The notes beneath the pieces are model-generated. The model ran no database searches. It worked only from the letters and a program-made list of their open reading frames with translations, and was not told where the DNA came from. Both the position numbers and the translations under genes were made by a program. Positions 49,432 through 61,929 of a DNA stretch of 64,000 nt are shown here, one piece after another; within the stretch, counting starts at the first letter, position 1, and each line of letters opens with the position of its first letter. Location of the stretch: the NCBI GenBank assembly GCA_038087875.1, contig JAXLNO010000174.1, positions 62,001-126,000 on the forward strand, given 5' to 3'. Source of the stretch: Malacoraja senta. Lineage: Eukaryota.

Positions 49432-50197
49432 TACCTGTCCCTAAATAAAGCTGAGACCAAGGAGCTGATCGTCAACTTTTGACGGTCACAGCATGATGAG
49501 TCTTCATCAAGTCCTCATTAACAGGGGCAGACTGGAGATTGTGTGCCGCTTCAGGTTTCTGGGCATTTGAAGAGACATCTCGTGTTCCAGTAATAGCAGT
49601 GCACTGGTCAGGAAGCACAGCCACGGCTGTTTTTACTGAGGATGCTGAAAAAAGATGGTTTTGCCCAACAGAAGTTGCTGTCTTTCTATAGCTGCACCAC
49701 AGGTAGCATCGTAACATACTGCATATCTGTGTTGTATCTTATTTGCACGGCAGCGGATATGAGAGCTCTTCAGCGGGTCGGCTCCAGAGCACAGAAGATG
49801 ATTGGGATACAGCTCCCAGCCCTGGAAGAAATACACAACGTACGCTGCCTCAGAAAAAGTCATCAGCATCTGTAAGGACTCCACGCATCCATCCCAACGT
49901 CTGTTTGAATTATTGCATCTGGCAGACGTTATAAGGCCTTTTACACCTGCACCTCCAGACGTTTTCCTGGAGCTGCTACTGCATTGAATCAGTCTGCAAA
50001 GCGTCCCCCATAATTTGTCTTTGCCCCCATAATCAACTGGCACAACTGACCTATGTCACCACAGTGGCAGCTGCTGTAATTTTTAACCTCAGTGTACATG
50101 GGCCTGATTGTACTTCATAATTTTATTTTATTTCTTTTGTAGCATCGTTGTGGCAATCGTAATCTCGTTGTTCTTGCACAATGACAATAAATACATA

Positions 50198-50273
<76 letters not shown>
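49432..50273 (+). mobile_element. Rex1/Babar 3' fragment with a long perfect (ATT)n tail
   Basis: Collinear with 25613-26400; (ATT)n at ~50198-50273. Confidence 0.85.
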
Positions 50274-50274
<1 letters not shown>

Positions 50275-50277
<3 letters not shown>

Positions 50278-51865
50278 CTTATCTCGATATATTTAAAACT
50301 CTCTTCGTTAGGATATTCGTGCGTACGCATTGTATTTCGCGAATAATGCTTTTAGCTGTCGTGGTATCTCCTCCTAAACCCTACGCGGTAATGGAGAAAT
50401 GTTTACAAATTCCGATAGAGTTTTTCCTCGTGAATCCAGCCATTTGAAAATTTGAAAAATGGATTAATTATTTCCCCAATTTTTAGTAAAAAAACATCAC
50501 CATTTTTAAAATCATTCTACTGCTCAGATCACAACTCGCCCCAGCCCCGCACCCCGCCTCTGTGTCGAAGCACGTGATCACGAGATCACGTAAAAACTGT
50601 GCTATTCTGCCTTAGTGATGATAAAAAGCCATTTGATCAGAGTTCCAATAGTTTAATGTGTTTTTTCCATCCTAAAGGAGATCTCATTTATTTAAAGCAG
50701 CCGATCTGCTGCTGCATTTACACTGTATGCTCACCCGAGAACCCGAGTTACATCACCACCCTCCCACCCCGACGAAAGCTCCGGATATAGACGCGCAGGC
50801 GAGGTCACCGGAGGTCACGAGCGCTCACCCGCATCTTCGCTTTTCGCCTTCTCTGTCGTCCCTTGCGCTCCTCCCCGCCCACAACCTTAATGGCCCTTCC
50901 AACCCCTCGAAGTCTTGATTGAGATCCTTTGCTTGATGCGCGCCCCGTAGCCCGCTCGCTGCCTCCTCTACCCCCCTCATATTCCCTTCCCCCCCGCTCT
51001 TTCCCCCTAACCGTTCATACCCGCTGATAACCTCGGCATTACCAGAACATTCTCAGCGCTTCAGCGATTTACGCACGCTGGCATTTCGCTCTCTCAGCCT
51101 CTGTCTACCCCCTCTGCCTCTCTGTCCATGTGGGTCCCTCTTCTGTGTCCCTCTATGTGAACGGGCAAGTTCTGCTGATCCCGAAGTCACCGGTGGTCAA
51201 CGGAGGGCACCGGCGGGCTCCGGATGTCAACGATGGGCTCCGGAGGCTCCGGCGGGCTGGGAGAGGTCGTGCCGAAGATGCGAGGCCCAGGCGCTGAGGC
51301 TAGCTCTGACGACAACGGATGCTGCTGCTGCTCCGGACCCGGGCGGTGGTCTCCAGCGGCAGGGAGATCCTGGGGAGGTGAAGAGGGAGAGTGGTGGGGG
51401 TTGAGGGAGATGAGGGGGTAGGAAAGGAGAGGGTGGAATGGGGGAGGTGAGCTGGGAGAGTGGGGGCAGAGGGGAATAGCGAGAGAGGTGTGGCGAAGAT
51501 AGGAATTGGAGAATAGCGGTAGAGGTGGGGAGCTGAGGAGGTAGTTGGTGGAAGCGGGTGGTGAGGAGTGTGGGTGGTGTTGGATAGAGGGATAGGAGGG
51601 AGGGAGGGAGGTAGGGAGGGGAGTGGAGTAATGGAGGGAGTGACTCCTCAACCCCTCAAACTATCCCCCTCACTCCCCCACCAACTCCCTCTCTGACCCG
51701 TACCCCCCTCTCTCCCCCTTCCTTTATCTACCCTCTCCCCTACCCCCAACAACTCTCCTTCCCTCTACCGCTCTCCATTCCCCTCTCCCCCTCCCTCCCC
51801 ACTCTTCCCCCTCTCTCCCCCCTCTCCTCCTACACCATCCCATACACCTCAGCCACTGCAACTGC
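50275..51865. other. Unclassified GC-rich, low-complexity interspersed sequence (possibly non-autonomous Helitron-like)
   Basis: Begins ATCTCGATATATTTAAAACTCTC in an AT tract; opposed purine- and pyrimidine-rich tracts at 51370-51830; no credible coding similarity. Confidence 0.3.
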
Positions 51866-53249
51866 ATCTGCAACTGCGTTACACTTGGAGCTTCTATACT
51901 CCGCCTTGTAGTCATACTGGGGCAGCAAAAATTCCCAGCGCTGCATTCCTGATGCCGCGATGGAAGTTATAGCTGACTTGGGACCAAGTATCACTGATAG
52001 TGGCTTGTGATAAGTCACCAGGGTGAATGGTCTGCCGAGAAGAAACTGATGGAATTTCTTGATTCGGAACACAATGCTGAGTGCTTTCTTTTCTATCTGC
52101 GCACAGTTCCGTTCACTCGATGACAGGATGCGGGATGCAAAAGCAATATACTTTTCCTGTCCGTCATTCATTACATGGGAGATCACTGCACCTACACCAT
52201 AACTTGAAGCAAGTTTCATCTCGCGTGTCGTATCATAGTGAACAAGAATTTGTCACTTGTCAAGTTTTCCTTGCAGATGTCAAATGCACGTTGCGGTTCC
52301 TTTCCCCACGTCCATTTCACATCTTTTTGTAGCAGATGATGAAGTGGCTTTAGCACAGTTGCTAAATCTGGAATGAATCGTGCATAGAACTGCATTATCC
52401 CAAGGAATGATCGTAGCTCTGGCACATTGTTGGGTTTTGGAGCATTCACTATTGCTTCCACTTTCGCCTTCACCGGGTGAAGTAAGTTGGCGTCTACTTT
52501 GACTCCAAGGTAGACCACCTCTGACAGCGCAAAAGCACATTTCCTTTGACGCAGTTTGACATTGTGGCAGTTCAGTCGTGTGCGAACCTGCTCGAGGATT
52601 TCCAGATGTTCTACCATGCCTTCTTTGAATATCATTAGGTCATCCTGGTTGTACACACAGTGCGGAATGCCTTGTAATATTTGGTCCATGACAGACTGAA
52701 CATTTTTCGTGGAGGATTTCACACCATAGGGCAGCTTTGTATATCAATACAATCCCTTAAATGTGTTGAGAGTCAAGTACTGCTGACTTTCCTTATCGAC
52801 ATTGAGTTGGGCATAAGCGTGAGGCAAATCCAGTTTAGTGAAGACTCTTGCTCCGCTAAGTTTTGCGTACAAATCTTGCGAGGTTGGTAACGGATATTGT
52901 TCGTCATCAACGGATTGGTTGATTGTGACTTTGTAATCACCACATAGTCGAACAGTTTTGTCAGCCTTGGGTACAGCCACAATTGGCGTTGCCCATTTAA
53001 TCTGGGCTGTCTTCACAAGTACTCCATTACGCTCTAATTTGTCGAGTTCTACCTCCACTTCTTGCTTTAGTGCGTATGGTACAGGTCTTGGTCGACAATA
53101 CACAGGCCTCACATCTAGCTTAAGTCGAATGTGTGCAGAGTACCCTGTTATTCCCGTGTAACTGTCAGAAAAAATGCTTGCATGTTTGCTTATGACGTTT
53201 TCAAGAAGTGATTTGGACAAATTGGCGCTGAAAATGTTCTTCCAGTCTT
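51865..53249 (-). mobile_element. Gypsy/Ty3 LTR retrotransposon pol fragment (RT-RNase H)
   Basis: WATPIVAVPKADKTVRLCGDYKVTIN; KLDLPHAYAQL; ELRSFLG; ASSYGVGAVISH..IAFASRIL..QIEKKAL. Confidence 0.92.
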
Positions 53250-54825
53250 ATTTTACTTCGGAGTCAAGTGAGTGACTACGTGAAGAATCCGCCAGCCCGC
53301 ATGCGCAATTTTGTCTAACGCATGGCGCCGCGACTGGCTGGTCGGTGCGTCACTCCTCCAGCGGTAAGTTTAAAGACCTCCAGGTAAGTTCTCGTACTTA
53401 GCTTGCGCTCGTTTTTCGTTGTTCTTATTACAAGAAGAACGAACAATTATGGACAAGGCGAGGGTGAAGTCCAGACGGGCCGCGGGAAGAACCGCTACGG
53501 AAGACCGCCGCAGTGCGGTTAGCGGGCGGTCGTCGGTTGCACCATCACGGTCACTGGCAGCACAGCCAGTGACTTCGGACGCGGTGCCCGTATAAAGCAC
53601 CTTGGCTACCGCGAGAGTTGGGAAGGCCAAAAAGAAGTCCGACAGACCGGTTAACTCGCATGTGTCCGGTCGGGAGGTTTCGCCACCTTATTCAGGAAAC
53701 GTCTTCGGACGTCGTTCCCGTATGGAGCATCTCATGGGGGAGATGTTCCAACATGGTATACTCCATGGACAGGGGTCATATCAGTGCGGGTCTCCAGGGC
53801 CCGCGGCAGCGCCTGGTGCAGGGCTGCATTATATCTCCCTATCTAAGGAAGGGAGCGTAGGTCATCAGTCCTGGATTGGCTCACACTACAGTGGTATGTC
53901 GGGGGAACGCTCCACGACACAAGACCTGCGTGAAGCAGAGATACCCACCATGGTGTCGACATTTGCATTGCCGTTGCAAATCGGTGAGCCACTGGACGAA
54001 AAACTAGCGTCCTGTATCAATTACCTGGCTTCTCATCAGTTACAGGAAGAGGTAATGATGGAGACCGCCATGAAATACCACACACCCAGCAACTGCGCCT
54101 CGCTAAGATTTCCGGCCGTTAATAGCTCCATTTGGAGTTACATGGGTGGAGGCATAAAGATTCAGGAGGTTAAACTCCAAAAGATCCTGAGCTTGCTGGC
54201 ATCCGGGGTCACGGCCTTCGCCAGGTCAATGGACGGAAGCTCCATGTCAGAGGTTCAACGGGACGCCTTGGCACTGATGCGCAATGCACATTTTCAGATA
54301 AATTGCTTTCGCAAGAATGCCATTCATCCTGTCCTCAATCCCAAGAGTGCGGGTTTATGCAGGTCGATTAATGTGCAGCCGCCCAATTATTTATTTGGTG
54401 AAGACCTGTCCAAACAAGTCAAGGACCTGGACGATGAATAAAAGGCTGTGGGGCTTCTCAGAGCTCCAACAGCGAACAGACCTTCGTCGTTCCAACGGCA
54501 GCACCCTTATGCCTCTACATGCACCAGACGGTCTACAGGAGTCAGTAACAGCTCAAGGACCGAAATAACCAGCCAAAGTTCTTTTTTTAGAACAAGGCTC
54601 AGGCAGCGAAGATGCGCAGTTGGCGCACACCGGTATCATTACCCCTCAAATATCGAGGGCGGAAATAAACATCGCAGATCCACCAATCACCATGGAGGTA
54701 GGTGGGTCTGGTTATCTATGGAACATGCGGGGTGTGGGTCAATCACCAGTTGGTGGGAGATTACGTTTCTTTTTGAATGAATGGCGTTCGATAACATAGG
54801 CTTTGTTTACACTGCACAGTATAGA

Positions 54826-57193
54826 ATTGGGAGTCTTTATTCCAATTCCAATTCAATTCAATTTATTTGTCTTTTGAGGGACCAATTTGTCATTTGGACC
54901 CCTTGAGGTCCAAACGAAATGTCGTTTCTGCAGCCATACAATACAAAACAAAGAAGACCCGAGACACAACACAATTTACACATACATCCATCACAACGCT
55001 GTGATGGAAGGCAAAAATAACGTATCTCTCCACTGCACTCCCCCCCCCGATGTCAGAGTCAAAGTCAAAGCCCCCGGCGGGCGATGGTGATTGTCCCGCA
55101 GCCATTAAAGCCACGCCGGGTGATGCAAGGTCGCGCACCGGGTCTTGGTGTTAGAGCCCCGGCGCTCGCCCGCAAAGTCCGGCAGCCATTCCAAGCCGCG
55201 CGGGGGTATAAAGCCCCGCTCCAGGTGCTCTTCAACCCCGCAACTCGGGCGGGAGAAGTCGCCGCTGCGGAAGCCCCGAAAAGCAGTCTCCCACCAGGGG
55301 ACCCGCGGGCTTCCGGTGTTGCCGTCCGCCAGACCCGCGGTTGTAGCCTCCGAATCTCCGGGGGTCGGGTCGCAGCAGCGATTGTCTCCACCACACCTCC
55401 ACCCGCTCCGGACTCGGCCAGCCCCGCGACGGTGAGTAGTCCGCAGTTCCACGGGAGCCCCAGGTCGTTCCTGCTGGAGGCCGCTCCACGTTGCCCAGCC
55501 CCAACGACAACGGAGACCCGACAAAGAAAAGGTCGGGTCTCCCGTGCAGCGGAAAGATTTTAAAGTTTCCCCCCCCACCCCCACCCCCACCCCCACCCCC
55601 CCACACACATACCCCGACAAAAAAAAATAATAAAAACTACATAAAAACGAGACAAAAATAATAAAAAGACAGACGGACTGCAGAGGCCGCTGCAACGAAA
55701 AGTCGCGCCGCCCATATGAGTCTAATGGAGTCTTTACGAGGATTTTCAACCAGTTTCTGGCCCAGTCGACTGCCCCACCCTGTCTGAAGTCCTCCACCAT
55801 AGTCACCTTGCCCAAGAAAACCCCACATTTCCAGCCTGAACGACTACCGGCCAGTCGCACTCACACCAGTGCTGATGAAGTGCTTGGAACAAATGGTCCG
55901 GGGTCACATCACATCACTCCTGCCCCGAAGCTTTGACCCCCACCAGTTTCCGTATAGAGCGAGCAGATCCACAGAGGACGCTGTAGGCACAGCCCTCCAT
56001 GCTGCACTGTACCACCTGGAGCACAGCGGGAGCTACGTGCGGATGCTCCTTGTGGACTACAGCTCTGCTTTTAACACCATCCTTCCCCACAAACTGGTGG
56101 AGAAACTGGGGGACCTGGGACTTCCACACTCCACCTGCATGTGGATAAATAGTTTCCTGTCGGGTCGCAGTCAGAGAGTCAGAGTGGGCCATCACACATC
56201 CACGGCCCTCAGCCTCAGTACCGGCTCTCCACAGGGCTGCGCGCTGAGCCCCCTGCTTTACACTATCTACACATATGACTGTACCCCCGCCGACCACAGT
56301 AACACCATTGTCAAATTCGCGGATGACAGCACGGTGGTGGGGCTCATCTCTGGGGGGGGGGTGAGTACGCCTACAGGGATGAGATGGAGCAGCTGACAGT
56401 GTGGTGTGGAGAGAATAACCTGCTCCTCAACACCTCAAAGACCAAGGAGCTCATAATAGACTACAGGAAGAAGAAAACGGACATTACACCATTAATAATC
56501 AGAGGGGACTGCGTGGAGAGGGTGGCGGATTTCCGCTCCCTGTGAATCCACATTGAGGAGGACCTGAAATGGAGCGTGAGCACCTCGGCATTGCTGAAAA
56601 AGGTCCAGCAGAGACTGCACTTCCTGAGGGTTCTCAGGAAGAACAACATCACCCAGAGACTGCTGCTGTCCTTTTATCGGAGCTCCATAGAGAGCATCCT
56701 AACATACTGTTTATGCGTGTGGTACACCAGCTGCATAGCGGCTAAGAGGAAAGCGCTCCAGAGGGCTATTGACAACGCCCAGAAGATTGTCGGCTGCGCT
56801 CTCCTCACCTTGGAGGACTTACACAGTTCCCACTGTCTCAAGAAATCCCAGAACATTATAAATGACATTTCCCACCCCGGACACTCCCTGTTTGAACTGT
56901 TGCCGTCAGGCAGACGGTACAGATCAATGAGGACAAGGACAAAGACTCAAAAACAGTTTTTATCCCACAGCAATAACTACACTTAATGTAGCCACCAAAT
57001 GAGCGCAGGTGCGCTACATACCAAAGGGATTGTTTATGCTTGTTTTTTTCATGTTATTTATTTTTAGTTGTTAATTTTAGATATTTCTCTTATACGTATC
57101 GTTAGCTTTTAGATAATGTGTGAATGGTGCACTGACTGGTTGGCATTTTTAATTTCGTGTACATGTTTACATGTTATAATGACAATAAAGAAT
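54826..57193 (+). mobile_element. Rex1/Babar RT element inserted in the DIRS; its tail continues at 61930-61946
   Basis: [58 protein letters not shown]. Confidence 0.9.
54840..55726 (-). mobile_element. Non-coding GC-rich retroposon with a Rex1-type tail (copy C) and a 10-bp TSD
   Basis: TSD GGAGTCTTTA at 54830-54839 and 55727-55736; (AATTG)n tail; hairpin at 55512-55542. Confidence 0.7.
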
Positions 57194-60100
57194 AGTAAGA
57201 TTAAACGAGAACTTACCTAAGTTTGAAGTTTGATCTTTATTTTATGAGGAGTTACGTAGGTAATTACGTGAAGAACCCCGCCAGTGCGCCTGCGCGTCAA
57301 TCTTCAAAGCAGCGGTGTGAAATCACAAAAAACAACAACCGAAGTAATATAGTCTCATAATAAAACGAGTAATACAAGAACTTCCATCTGACCTTTATGA
57401 TAGAGGGTAGGGTCGAGGTGGGCACGTAATCACCTACGTAACTCCTCATAAAATAAAGATCAAACTTCAAACTTAGGTAAGTTCTCGTTTAATCTTACTA
57501 TTTTACTTCGGAGTCACGTGAGTGACTACGTGAAGATTTTAAAGCTTTGTGATTTCATGCCGTGGATCAATCCCGGCTTCTCACTGCATAGATTGACTCG
57601 GAACGAGAATAATCAATCATGCATTCATAATAACATTTGTACCACAAATGCAGTATTTCATTTCAATAATGAAATGAATCAGATCCCCTTTAAACCAGAG
57701 GAATTTACACAGAACTTAAAATAGTTTCTGCAAACAACCCCGCATTAACAATAGGCCGATGGTAAAAATATTGAAACATCAACTCATTGGACCACCCGGC
57801 GGCTGCGAGGATATGGTCGACGGGGCCGTCTTTTGCCCTGGCCGCCGACGTTTCTGCTGCCCTAGCCGAGTGAGACGTAAAAACATAAGTGTTAATACCA
57901 GCAGCTGTTAAGACTTATTTTATCCATCTGGAAATAGTCTGTATTGAAACTCTCTTGTGTGGTTTCTTGTGTGTGATCAACAACCCAGTTTCCGTATTCT
58001 CAAATTCTTTGTGACCTCAATGTATTGTAATAAATATGTCTTAATACAGAGACATGGATCATTTGGATATGCTGCTAGCATAATTTTAAATCCTGTCACA
58101 CCTGGCCTAATTTACTTTAGTAGGTCATAGATATAGAATGTAACCTTGTCTTCAGTTACTTCCATACTGTCTATTTGTAATTTTCCAAGTGTTTGCACTC
58201 GTTGTGCTGTCACTCATGCCATAAGCATGAATACTTTCATACTGAGCTTGACCAAATGTAAAGACACACTTGATGACCATTCACGAAGTAGTTTCAGTAC
58301 CACACTTACATCCCAGATTGTCACGTACCTAGGTTTCTGTGGTTTGGAATTAAAGATTCCTTTCATTAGTCTGGAAACAATTGGGTGTGACCCAATTGAG
58401 TTTCTTTCTGAATCCAGAACCAAATATGAGCACAATGCACTTCTGGCTGAATTAATTGCACTACAACTCAGACCTTCATCATAATAAAGTTTTGACAGAA
58501 ATTCTAAACATTTGAAATATCTGCAGTACTTTATTGCACATTCTTTTGTACACAGAACTCTTCCCATTTCTTAATATAAGAAAGGTACTGTTTTTGAGTG
58601 CTCTTCCTCCCGGCTGCCGTAAGCATGTCCACAGTATGCTCAGACAGTCCTCGTCCCAGAAAAGGCATTCTTAAAACCTGCAAATCAACAAATCCAAACG
58701 ATGATATAATGGATGTTGTTACCCTGTTACAGGGTGCAGCAATAAATTACTCCTTTTTGGGACTTTCATCAACATTTGTGTTGTTAATTCTAATATCAAC
58801 AGATACCATGGCTGTATAGGCCAATCTGGTACTACCAATACCCTTGAAGCAGCATCTTGCCTGATTTTAAGCAAACATTGGCTTATGAGGCAGAAAGGTG
58901 GAAATATATATGAAAAGATTCCACCCCAATGTAGCGAGAAAGCATCAATCGCCACTGCTCCTGGATCTGGTTTCCATGAGACATATCTCGATAGCTGATG
59001 ATTCAAGTCGATGTCGGTCATTCCGAATCTGATTACTATATCATTGAATACCTCTTGATTCAACATCCATTCTTTATTATCATGGAACTTTTCGTGACCA
59101 GGTGTCTGCTATCGTGTTCATTCTACCTGGTAGATAGATAGCTGAAAAACAAATGTTCTTTTCAGTACACCAAGATCGAAGTTGATTTAACCATTTTGTC
59201 ACATGACACCGACTTAGTTCCACCCATATCATTAATATAGGCAACTACTGTTGTGTTTATTAATTTGAACTTGAACCTTCCTTTTAGTTGTGTTAGAACC
59301 ATAAGCTTGGAGTCCATAGAAACCTCCTAAAAGCTCCAAATAGGTGATTCCCCATGTCTGCAGTAACACTAACTTTTCCTGATTCCATCTGCCTCCGCAG
59401 CTCCATGTTAAGTCAGTTGCACCCCATCCTAGTGCACTGGCATCAGTTTGTAATATCATGGAAGGTTGTTCAATCAGCACTTTGCCTGAACTGCTTGAGA
59501 CATGTAGAATCCACCACTGCAGCTTAGAAACAGCATTTGTTGTTACTTGCATGGTTCTATCAAAATGACCAGCATTTATTCTCAGTGCCTGTTCTTTAAT
59601 TCTCTGCAGCTGTTGATAATGTAATGGTCCATGCTGGACTGCTGGGAATCTACTAATTTTCCCAGTACTCGAGCCACCTGTCTGATTAGAGGTTTTTGCT
59701 CGTTTAACAGATTACTGCAAACTTTAATCAACTCCACCCTTTTTTCACTGGGCAAAATAATTTGCATTTGGGCTAAATCAATTGTGAACCCCAAATAATT
59801 AATCGAGGTACATGTTTTTAACCTTGATTTCTTTGGATGAATTTAGAAACCCCCAAACTTTCAAAAGTTTGATTTTATTACTGCAACCGATGCTTCTGTT
59901 GACTGTTTTGTCCTTCCTATTATCAGGACATCATCCAGGTATGCCATTAGTACATGCCCCTGGCTCTCAGCAACCCCAGAATTGATTTTTATAAATATTC
60001 TGGAAGGGAACGTTAACCCTTTAGGCAGAGCTTTGAACTGCCCTAATTGGTTCATCCATGTAAATTTAAAATACTTCATATCTTGCAAGTGAACAAACAC

Positions 60101-61929
60101 TGAACAAAAGCATTCAGACTTGTCAAGTCTATAATAATCCTACATCCTCCATCCTTTTTTGATCGAGGGAATATATTTGACCCAAATTGGTGAATTTGGT
60201 AGACTGATTCTTTAATAACACCTTTTATATATAGGGTTTTGAAGCGCAACTTGAACCTCCATTACTTCGCAAAGTGGAGAGTTCTGCTAGGAACATGCTG
60301 GACAGGCAAATCATAATTTGGATTGAAATCCTTGTATATTATTCAGAATTACCACATCTGAAGTAATCTTCTTCCAATGTTTATAGAAGAGACGTAATCT
60401 GCCTCCAACTTCTGGACTTAATCCAGTTAGTATGTTCCCCTGAGAACCAGGTCCACCTACCTCTTGAGTCATTTGAGTATCTTGAGATCCCTGGATTCTC
60501 CCGGAAGCACAACCACTTGTCCTTACTCCCGCTGCAGGCCGCCAGCTACGTCCCTGCGTTGATGAGCGACTTGGTCCTGGTCTAGGATCCGTATGACGTC
60601 TGAAAGGATACTTCCTCTTTACAGACTTTGCAACCATTGATGTATTTATCAATCCTGTTTTCGCTTCATCTTCCAACTCTTTAATACGTCTCCCGAGATC
60701 TCTCCAAAGAGTAAGTTGGGTAATTGTATATTACTTGGTTTGCAGAGTGCTGCGAATTTCGGATTCATAGTAGACCGTATAGCACTTTCCTCAGATAATT
60801 GATCTCGAAGTGGGTGCTGCATAGCAACCCCAGTGCTTGCTGATGCAACTTCGTCATCTTTTGGTTGTTACCTGCTATTCTGGTAAAAGCAGTTATTCCA
60901 GAACCCAGCAGCTTTAATATTCTCTGCAACTGATTCCAGATAATTTGATTCACTGCTGCTGCTTTCAGCAACCCACAGTAACTTCTTGCAGTCTCATCCA
61001 TTTCCTGCTGTTCCAGCTAATGGTAAACCAAGTAATTTATTAAGGAGGCCAGTTTTTCTCCTAATGGCTCTCCTGACCCTGACGGGGCAGCGAATCCTAC
61101 TGCCAGGGGTGGAACATCTGGCAGCTGCCGTTCATCGCCTTGTACAGCCTCACCGTCAGAGTCGGGGTCTGAAATCTCATGACCCGTAGCACGCTCCTCA
61201 TTCCTGAGGGTGCATTCCATCAGCCCTGAGCCAGGTGCTGTTAAGCTGCTCCTGCAGCTTGGATTACAGTACACTCCTTCCTGAGTGAACTTTGCTCCAA
61301 CAGCCTATGAAAAAGGCTTTCTATTTGGGCAATACGCTCGAAAGCAGTATCTAGCCCTGTACCAGGAGCTGTTTGAGCTGTTTCCAGCAGCTTGGCTTTC
61401 AGAACACTCCTCTCTGAGTGAACTTTGCTCCAACAGCCTATGTAAAAGGCTTTCTATTTGGGCAATATGCTCGAAAGCAGTATCTAGCCCTGGAGCTACT
61501 TCCATTGCCTGGGACTCCCTCCGTTGGGATTTAAACTTTGTCTTTTGCCCGACAGGCGCTGACTGTGTTTTCACCAGCCCCAGGTCCACAGGCGCTATGC
61601 TCACCGCTGGCGACTGTATCGGGGTTTAGAGGCGGTTGGTCTCTAACCGCGGACTCCCGACTTTCCCGACTTCTGTCGGCTGTGTCGCTCGCCTCTTCCC
61701 CCTGTCCGTTTTTTTCATGGCGTCTGTGGAAAAAATCCCCATAGACCCACAGTAAACGGACCTGGAAAACCTGAAAAAAGTTTTTACTTACCTTGTAGTT
61801 GAAAAACTACAAACCACTCGAGGAGCACTGATCCTCACTTCCGTTTGCGTCAAGGCGTCTGACGTAATGACGCGCAGGCGCACTGGCGGGGTTCTTCACG
61901 TAGTCACTCACGTGACTCCGAAGTAAAAT
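57191..61929 (-). mobile_element. Second full-length decayed DIRS element, inserted in the Rex1 tail
   Basis: Termini and ICR (~57423-57536) as in 40933-45795; MAYLDDVLI; QTDASALGWG; YIFPPF; YR region AINSARSAL..IWDV. Confidence 0.92.

Noticed and set aside
50108..50447. Poly-Tyr, poly-Ile and poly-Asn ORFs
   Set aside because: They are translations of an (ATT)n LINE tail.
53602..54441. 279-aa ORF as a host gene
   Set aside because: It is homologous to the gag ORFs of the other two DIRS copies (KLQKIL..G.TAFAR..ALAL..IN..RK) and lies inside the element.
55084..55860. Long overlapping GC-rich ORFs in the non-coding retroposons (also 21494-22092 and 22702-23374)
   Set aside because: They are open on both strands because of high GC and are not conserved between copies A, B and C.
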